In this document: positions 26,186-32,000 of the stretch, one piece after another
Position numbering within the stretch: position 1 is the first letter of the stretch
Layout of the letters: every line of letters begins with the position of its first letter
From: Candidatus Heimdallarchaeota archaeon
GTDB taxonomy: Archaea; Asgardarchaeota; Heimdallarchaeia; JABLTI01
DNA length: 32,000 nt
Direction: 5' to 3'
Assembly: GCA_030614005.1 (NCBI GenBank)
Contig: JAUWKS010000030.1
Span: 1 to 32,000, forward strand
Position numbers and translations under genes: made by a program
The notes under the pieces: generated by a model
Databases searched by the model: none
What the model saw: only the letters and a program-made list of their open reading frames with translations
Told to the model about the DNA's origin: nothing

Positions 26186-26809
26186 ATCCAGACTCATTTT
26201 TCCAAATAGACAGTCTTTTCTTAAAAAACAGCTGCCACATAATGGGTTATTTTTCCTACAAAAAGTTCTAGCGTGAATTACAAATAAAGCGTGAAATTCA
26301 TTATATCTACCAACATTTTTTCCAACTTTTTCCTCGAAAAATTCTTTCCATTTACTGTTAGTTTGAAAAGAACCAAAACCTATTCGTTCACTAATTCGAA
26401 TGGTATAGGCATCAATAACAAATTCAGGTGTATTTAACAAATAAAGCAAGATTGAATCTGCTGTTTCAGCACCAACGCCTTTTACAGCTAACAATTCTTT
26501 TCGAGAAGGATTTGAATTTTCAGCCCATAATGCACTCAAATTTTTTAGATATTTAGATTTTTGATTGAAAAACCCGGAGGGTTTTATTTGCTTCTTCAAA
26601 AAATCGTCCTTACATTGTAGAATTGCTTGAGGATTAAGAAGATCTGCTTTTCTCAAATTTTCCAATGCCTTTTCTACATTGCTCCAAGAAGTATTTTGTG
26701 TGAGCACTGCACCAATTGCTATCTCAAAACCTTCTCCTGGCCACCAATCTTGAACACCATAGAAGCGATGCATTTTTTTGAATAAAGCATTCGGGTCCAT
26801 AATAATCAA
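26177..26809 (-). CDS. Endonuclease III-related HhH-GPD DNA glycosylase with a [4Fe-4S] motif
   Basis: GAVLTQNTSW.NVEKAL, LLAVKGVGAETADSILLY, FVIDAY, and C-x6-C-x2-C-x5-C. Confidence 0.92.
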   Translation of the reverse strand: MIIMDPNALFKKMHRFYGVQDWWPGEGFEIAIGAVLTQNTSWSNVEKALENLRKADLLNPQAILQCKDDFLKKQIKPSGFFNQKSKYLKNLSALWAENSNPSRKELLAVKGVGAETADSILLYLLNTPEFVIDAYTIRISERIGFGSFQTNSKWKEFFEEKVGKNVGRYNEFHALFVIHARTFCRKNNPLCGSCFLRKDCLFGKMSLDSI

Positions 26810-26903
26810 TTAAACGTTATAGTAAAATATCTTTAGGAAGAAATTAACAAAACTTTAATCAACAGTTTTACCCTTCTATTAAAGAGCAGAAGGCGAGAAA
26901 ATA

Positions 26904-27581
26904 ATGGGTACAAAAATAACTATTGTTTATGATGATCAAGCTTCTGAAGGATTTATCACAGGCTGGGGGTTCTCAGCGGTGATAGAAAAAGATGATGATA
27001 TATTATTATTTGACGCTGGTTGGGATGGAACGGCACTATTAAAAAATCTAGAAACAGCGAATTTTGACCCTAAGAAATTTAGCCATATTGTAATCTCCCA
27101 CAAACACTGGGATCACATTGGAGGTTTGAACACAATTCTATATCAAACAAATAATCCAACAGTTTATGTCCCTTCATCTATCTCTTCTCGATTAAAAGCA
27201 GAAATAACCAAATTTGCTGATTTAAGAGAGGTTGTTGATGTTAAAGCAGAAGTTACATCAGAAATTTGGACCACACCACAAATGAAAACGGATATTGACG
27301 ACCTTCAAGAACTCTCCTTATTAATTCAAACAAAAAAAGGAATAGTTATCATTTGTGGATGTTCACATCCAGGATTAGATAAAATAATTGCAGTTGCTAC
27401 CAAATTTGGCAAAGTTCATGCAGTAATTGGTGGGTTTCATGGCTTTGATAAACTTGATTATCTCGAGAATATAGAAGTAATTATTCCTTGTCATTGTACT
27501 AAAAAGAAAAGAGAAATTTTAGAAAAATACCCCAATAAAAGCGTAAAATGTTATTCAGGGTTAGAAGTAACCTTTGAGTGA
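26904..27581 (+). CDS. MBL-fold metallo-hydrolase (COG1237-like)
   Basis: WGFSAVIE, LFDAG, SHKHWDHIGGL, GCSHPG, GGFH and PCHCT motifs. Confidence 0.9.
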   Translation: MGTKITIVYDDQASEGFITGWGFSAVIEKDDDILLFDAGWDGTALLKNLETANFDPKKFSHIVISHKHWDHIGGLNTILYQTNNPTVYVPSSISSRLKAEITKFADLREVVDVKAEVTSEIWTTPQMKTDIDDLQELSLLIQTKKGIVIICGCSHPGLDKIIAVATKFGKVHAVIGGFHGFDKLDYLENIEVIIPCHCTKKKREILEKYPNKSVKCYSGLEVTFE

Positions 27582-27677
27582 AACTATTACTGTTTTTTTT
27601 ACAGAAAAAATTAATTAGATTAGTCCTATAATAGTAATCACAAGTATCTTTTCTTTTATAATTTTGGAGACGGAAGA

Positions 27678-28085
27678 ATGAAATCAACAGAAATAGTTAG
27701 AATAAACGAAAAAGGCGAATTGACTATTCCTGAAGAGATTCGTGATAGTGTTGGAATAGTTGAGGGTATGCATGTTATGATGAAAACGGATTTGGAAAGA
27801 AGAGAAATCCGAATCATTCCATTTACTACTGCAGAAGTTGATTTAGTTGAATTTACAATAACTTTGGCCGATGTCCCAGGGGCATTAGGTAAATGCGCTA
27901 CATTTCTTGGAGAACATAAAATTAACATGATGGCAAGTGAATCAAAGATCCTTCAAAGTGGTGAAATTGCTGAATGGATTATCGTTGCAGATATTTCTAA
28001 ATGTAAAGAAAATATTAGAGATTTATGCAAAAGGATTGTTGATGAAGGATACGCAAAAAATTCTGTTTGTCGTAGTTTTCAATAA
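27678..28085 (+). CDS. AbrB/MazE/SpoVT DNA-binding domain fused to an ACT domain
   Basis: INEKGELTIPEEIRDSVGI (AbrB type), followed by LADVPGALGKCATFLGEHKINM (ACT). Confidence 0.85.
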   Translation: MKSTEIVRINEKGELTIPEEIRDSVGIVEGMHVMMKTDLERREIRIIPFTTAEVDLVEFTITLADVPGALGKCATFLGEHKINMMASESKILQSGEIAEWIIVADISKCKENIRDLCKRIVDEGYAKNSVCRSFQ

Positions 28086-28099
28086 TTAATCCTATTTTT

Positions 28100-28489
28100 T
28101 CATTTTTTTTCAAATTCAGTTTCAGATTCTTCAACAAAATTTGTTATCGGTTCCGCAATAACAAGAGGTTCATTTATTATTCTCTTAGCAGAAATTACTA
28201 AAATTGATCCAAGACTAATACCAAATCCTGCAAGTATGTATCCTATTATCTGCTCAATTAGCATGGCTAATTCATCTGGTTGTCCGGGATGATAAAAATA
28301 GGTTACAATTACCAATGGAAGAATAATGGAGCTCAACACTATAAGCAAAATACCAAACAATCGATAAAAAGTGACAGTAATTTTACGTTCTCTCTTGAGA
28401 ACTTGTAATTGTTCTGAAGTTATCTCTAGGTCATCTACGTCTTCTTGATTTATACTTTCAATGGACAGATGATTGCTTTCTTCCAACAT
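28100..28489 (-). CDS. Small two-TM membrane protein
   Basis: Two hydrophobic helices flanked by acidic termini. Confidence 0.7.
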   Translation of the reverse strand: MLEESNHLSIESINQEDVDDLEITSEQLQVLKRERKITVTFYRLFGILLIVLSSIILPLVIVTYFYHPGQPDELAMLIEQIIGYILAGFGISLGSILVISAKRIINEPLVIAEPITNFVEESETEFEKK

Positions 28490-28676
28490 TTAGCACCTAT
28501 GGTATTCTATCTTGTATTTTCATTGATTATGTCTTAAGAGTCTCATATATCTCTTTTGACAATTTGCTATTTTCTGTTAAAGAATACATCGGCGTATTTC
28601 CACATTGCACCTTTAAGAGAAAAGGTTTATTTCAACTTATAGCTCTCTTATTGTAGAAATGTTATGAGGATGTAAA

Positions 28677-30137
28677 ATGTCGGATAAAATTTTAGTTGAC
28701 TTAGAACCGAAACTTATTTGGGAAATATTCGAAGAAATAACCACCATTCCAAGACCTTCTAAAAAAGAAGGAAAAATTCGTTCTTGGCTTAAGAAATGGG
28801 CTAAACAAAACAATGTCACAATTAAAAATGAAGATAAAGTTGGAAATCTTCTTCTTAGAGTGGAAGCTTCTGAAGGTTGTGAGAAATTTCCTACACTAGT
28901 TATGCAAGCTCATATGGATATGGTTTGCCAAAAGAATGCTGGTGTAGAAATAGATTTTGAGAATGATCCTTTAGCTATTGTTGTTAAAGACGATATAGTA
29001 TTAGCGAATGGTACATCCCTTGGAGCTGATAATGGAATTGGTATGGCATATGGATTGGCAGCATTAATTGACAAGGAATTAAAACATGGACCCTTAGAGG
29101 TGCTTTTCACAGTTGACGAAGAAACGGGGTTAACCGGTGCTTTTGCTCTCAAACCAGGTTTCTTTTCAGGAAAGTATCTACTGAATGTTGATAGTGAAGA
29201 TTTAGGTACAATAACTATAAGCAGTGCAGGTGGAGGAGGAACTGACTTTATTCTTCCTGTTGAATATAAAGAACTTGAAAATATGCAAGCTATTGAAATC
29301 TTTGTTTCAGGTCTACAAGGTGGTCATTCAGGTATTGATATTGATCTTCCGCGTTTAAATGCAATAAAAGTTGGGATAGATGGATTGCTAGCACTGCAAG
29401 ATGAGAGTATTCAAATAAAAAACATAAATGCCGGAACAGTGCATAATGCAATTCCAAGAAATTTTACCGCCGAAATTGTTTTTCCAAAAGAAAATAAGAA
29501 AAACAACAAGAATAAACTTAATGACTGGAAAAAGAAAACACTGACAATCGGAAGAGAAGCTGAATCAAAGCTAAAAATTGACTTCAAAGATAGTTCAGCA
29601 TCTAAAGCAATTTCTAAAGAGAAAACAAAGGCTATTCTTGATCTATTAGATGGAATATTTCATGGACCAATTTCTTTTAGTAAAGAAATAAGTGGTTTGG
29701 TTCAAACATCCAACAATTTAGCAACAGTGAAGCTAACTGAAAAGGAGATAGAAGTACATGTTAGTACTAGAAGCTCTGTAAATGAAGAGCTTGATGTAAC
29801 CCGAGAAAAGTTAAAAAAATTAGGCGAAGAGATAGGCTTTACTGTAAAATTGGATGAAGCATATCCGGGTTGGAAACCAGACATTCAGTCACCTTTTCTA
29901 AAGCTAGTTAAAGAGAAATACGATGAAGTAACTCAAACTCCAACTAAATTGGTAGCAATTCATGCTGGATTGGAGTGTGGTCTTTTTCTTGTGCTAGATT
30001 CCAATTTACAAGTAGCATCTATAGGACCAAATATTAAGAATGCCCATAGTCCTGATGAGTATGTTGAAATTGCTAGCGTAGGAATAATATGGAATATAAT
30101 CAAAAAAATAATTGAAAATATGGGTTCCTTAAGCTAA
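28677..30137 (+). CDS. pepD: Aminoacyl-histidine dipeptidase (peptidase M20C)
   Basis: QAHMDMV, LGADNGIG, FTVDEETGL, LNVDSE, GGHSG, HAGLECG and HSPDE motifs. Confidence 0.94.
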   Translation: MSDKILVDLEPKLIWEIFEEITTIPRPSKKEGKIRSWLKKWAKQNNVTIKNEDKVGNLLLRVEASEGCEKFPTLVMQAHMDMVCQKNAGVEIDFENDPLAIVVKDDIVLANGTSLGADNGIGMAYGLAALIDKELKHGPLEVLFTVDEETGLTGAFALKPGFFSGKYLLNVDSEDLGTITISSAGGGGTDFILPVEYKELENMQAIEIFVSGLQGGHSGIDIDLPRLNAIKVGIDGLLALQDESIQIKNINAGTVHNAIPRNFTAEIVFPKENKKNNKNKLNDWKKKTLTIGREAESKLKIDFKDSSASKAISKEKTKAILDLLDGIFHGPISFSKEISGLVQTSNNLATVKLTEKEIEVHVSTRSSVNEELDVTREKLKKLGEEIGFTVKLDEAYPGWKPDIQSPFLKLVKEKYDEVTQTPTKLVAIHAGLECGLFLVLDSNLQVASIGPNIKNAHSPDEYVEIASVGIIWNIIKKIIENMGSLS

Positions 30138-30170
30138 GATTGCTGGACTTTTCAGCATCTTCTATTTTTT
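30137..30170 (+). terminator. Hairpin plus T-tract after pepD
   Basis: TGCTGGA-CTT-TTCAGCA stem (30141-30157), extendable by AGA/TCT, followed by TTTTTT. Confidence 0.55.
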
Positions 30171-30306
30171 ATTTTACGAAGAGATTTTTTTCAAAATAAG
30201 TCATTTTTTGCTGCTTTTTTACTAAAAAATTATAACTGCTTTTGATATAATAGTCAGTAATACATAGTTAAGAATATAATAACTCCAACAACTGGAGGTT
30301 GTTGCT

Positions 30307-31218
30307 ATTAAGAAATTTAAGGGAATCTTTGCTTCCACACTTACTCCATTTAATAAAAATGATGAGGTAAATTATCAGTTGTTAGAAAGACAAATTGATT
30401 ATATTATAACCAAAGGTGTTCACGGGATAGTTGCAGCTGGAATAAATGGTGAATTTTCCAGCATGGATTTAGTTGAAAGGAAAAAAGTTATTGAAGTATC
30501 TGTAAAAGCAGCTAAAAGTCGTGTGCCAGTAATAGCAGGAGCATATGCAACAAGTTGGAAGGAATCTCTTGAGCTGGTAAAATTCTCAGAAGAGAAAGGT
30601 GCAGCAGCAGCGATTATTACCACACCCTTTTTCTTCAGAAGACCAACAGAGGAGGGATTATATCAATATTTTAGCAATATTTTATCTCAAACAAAGAAAT
30701 TTCCAATTATATTATGCAATGTCCCTATTTATTCATTAATAGAAATGAACCATGGGTTAATTGAGAGCCTTCTTCTTAAACACAAAAATATTGTCGGAAT
30801 TAAAGATTTAAGTGGGAAACCCGAAAGTATTACAGCCTATGCTGGAGTATTTGAAGATTTATCAGTCCTCATTGGAAGTGACCGATTAGTTTTTCATGGT
30901 CTTAATGTTCAATGTGATGGAGCGGTTAGCGCTATCGCAAGCATTTTTCCTGATTTTGTTTTAAAAATTTATAATGTCTATAAAGAAGGAAATATTGACC
31001 AAGCATGGATAGAACAAGAGTCTTTAACAGGAATCCGATCTCTTCTGAAAAGATTTCCTTCAAGAGCAGCACAAAAATACATTTTTTCAAAAATTGCTGG
31101 AGAAGAATCTTACGTTCGTGCTCCATTAAGGAACCTTTCGCAAGAAGATAAAGAAAATTTACAGTTTATTCTTGAAGAGCATGGGTTGCTTTCTATGAGT
31201 CAAACAGCAACAATGTAA
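30307..31218 (+). CDS. DapA/NAL-family (DHDPS-like) TIM-barrel protein with a divergent active site and a probable ATT start
   Basis: FKGIFASTLTPF, G..GE, TP....P..EGLYQYF, and Schiff-base IVGIKD. GGAGG lies at 30294-30298. Confidence 0.85.
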   Translation: MKKFKGIFASTLTPFNKNDEVNYQLLERQIDYIITKGVHGIVAAGINGEFSSMDLVERKKVIEVSVKAAKSRVPVIAGAYATSWKESLELVKFSEEKGAAAAIITTPFFFRRPTEEGLYQYFSNILSQTKKFPIILCNVPIYSLIEMNHGLIESLLLKHKNIVGIKDLSGKPESITAYAGVFEDLSVLIGSDRLVFHGLNVQCDGAVSAIASIFPDFVLKIYNVYKEGNIDQAWIEQESLTGIRSLLKRFPSRAAQKYIFSKIAGEESYVRAPLRNLSQEDKENLQFILEEHGLLSMSQTATM

Positions 31219-31345
31219 ACTCTTTTTTCTATTTAGTTCAATATTCGAGTAATAATCTTAAACAAAATTATAAGTGAAAGTTTTTTATATCTCAATAACT
31301 GCAATTGTTTTAGCTTATATTAACAGAAAAAAAGAGATTATTAAA

Positions 31346-32000
31346 ATGTGTAGAAGAAAAAAAGAAGACCTTCGTTCTGAAGTAGAAAAAAAAGGTAAAA
31401 TTACATATTATACAATGTCCGATGGGACAAAGGTAAGAGTACTTGTATTCGATTCAGCCAAAAATCCACATGAGTATTCGATATTTGTCATACCTGGGTT
31501 TCTCACAGTTTTTCAAGGTTGGGAAAAAGCTATGGCATCTCTTTCTAAAGAGTTCAAAGTTTATTATTTTGAAACTCGAGAAAAATCTTCAAGTGTAATG
31601 TTAAATAGAAGAAAAGAAAGAAATGTTTCATTCCACAGAATGGCTTATGATCTTAAAGAAGTCATTGAACAGATGAAGTTAGATGATACAAAGTACATTA
31701 CTTTGTGTAGTTCTTCTGGTGGTACAATAGAAATAGAAGCTCTGATGAATAAATGGATAAATCCAAAAGGAGCGGTGATGGTTGGACCAACATTACAGTA
31801 CAATCTTCATCGAATTGTACCAATTTTGATTTATATGGTTCCAAATTTCGTGAAGGAATTTTTTATGCCAATCTTTCGATTCTATATGGGAAGATTTCAT
31901 GTTGACAAAAACAAATATCCGGAACAGTATAGGAAATATGTTCGTGCAGGCGAGGAGTCTAACCTTCGTAAGATTCGTAGAGTTATATGGAAAATAGGAA
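31346..32000 (+). CDS. Alpha/beta hydrolase, truncated by the window end
   Basis: Open frame from ATG 31346 to the window edge, with oxyanion-like FVIPGF, YFETRE and nucleophile elbow CSSSGG. Absent from the ORF track because there is no stop. Confidence 0.8.
   Translation, partial: MCRRKKEDLRSEVEKKGKITYYTMSDGTKVRVLVFDSAKNPHEYSIFVIPGFLTVFQGWEKAMASLSKEFKVYYFETREKSSSVMLNRRKERNVSFHRMAYDLKEVIEQMKLDDTKYITLCSSSGGTIEIEALMNKWINPKGAVMVGPTLQYNLHRIVPILIYMVPNFVKEFFMPIFRFYMGRFHVDKNKYPEQYRKYVRAGEESNLRKIRRVIWKIG

Noticed and set aside
1008-31126. Short antisense or alternate-frame ORFs in the track (e.g. 1008..1241, 2256..2798, 3178..3375, 10278..10607, 13124..13363, 17359..17682, 22587..22883, 23015..23386, 28910..29152, 30420..30623)
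   Set aside because: They lie entirely within well-supported genes on the other strand or frame and show no motifs.

Overview
AT-rich archaeal chromosomal segment. Evidence: GGTGA/GGAGG ribosome-binding sites, TATA-like boxes, archaeal-type tRNAs, frequent TTG starts and many zinc-ribbon proteins. An Asgard/Heimdallarchaeia-like origin is my inference, not shown directly. Housekeeping content: tRNA-Val(CAC), tRNA-Ser(GCT), a SAM methyltransferase, a Hef-like SF2 helicase, tldD-pmbA, endonuclease V, a nitroreductase, an endonuclease III-like glycosylase, an MBL hydrolase, an AbrB-ACT regulator, pepD, a DapA-family protein and a partial alpha/beta hydrolase. Most notable: (1) a five-gene envelope module (DUF4129 surface protein, DUF4350, MoxR AAA+, DUF58/VWA, polytopic membrane protein) followed by a co-oriented ParM/StbA-like actin with a Lys-alternating N-tail and Val at the catalytic Gln/Glu position; (2) a helical-domain/ubiquitin-like fusion whose GG motif is capped by a tail running antisense into tRNA-Val; (3) an in-frame TAG joining two open frames; (4) a fluoride riboswitch ahead of a frameshifted fluC/crcB; (5) an FG-GAP propeller transmembrane protein with a possible cytoplasmic winged helix; (6) a DapA-like protein with a probable ATT start and a substituted active site. 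No CRISPR array, rRNA or recognisable mobile element was seen. All family calls come from reading motifs by eye, with no database search.
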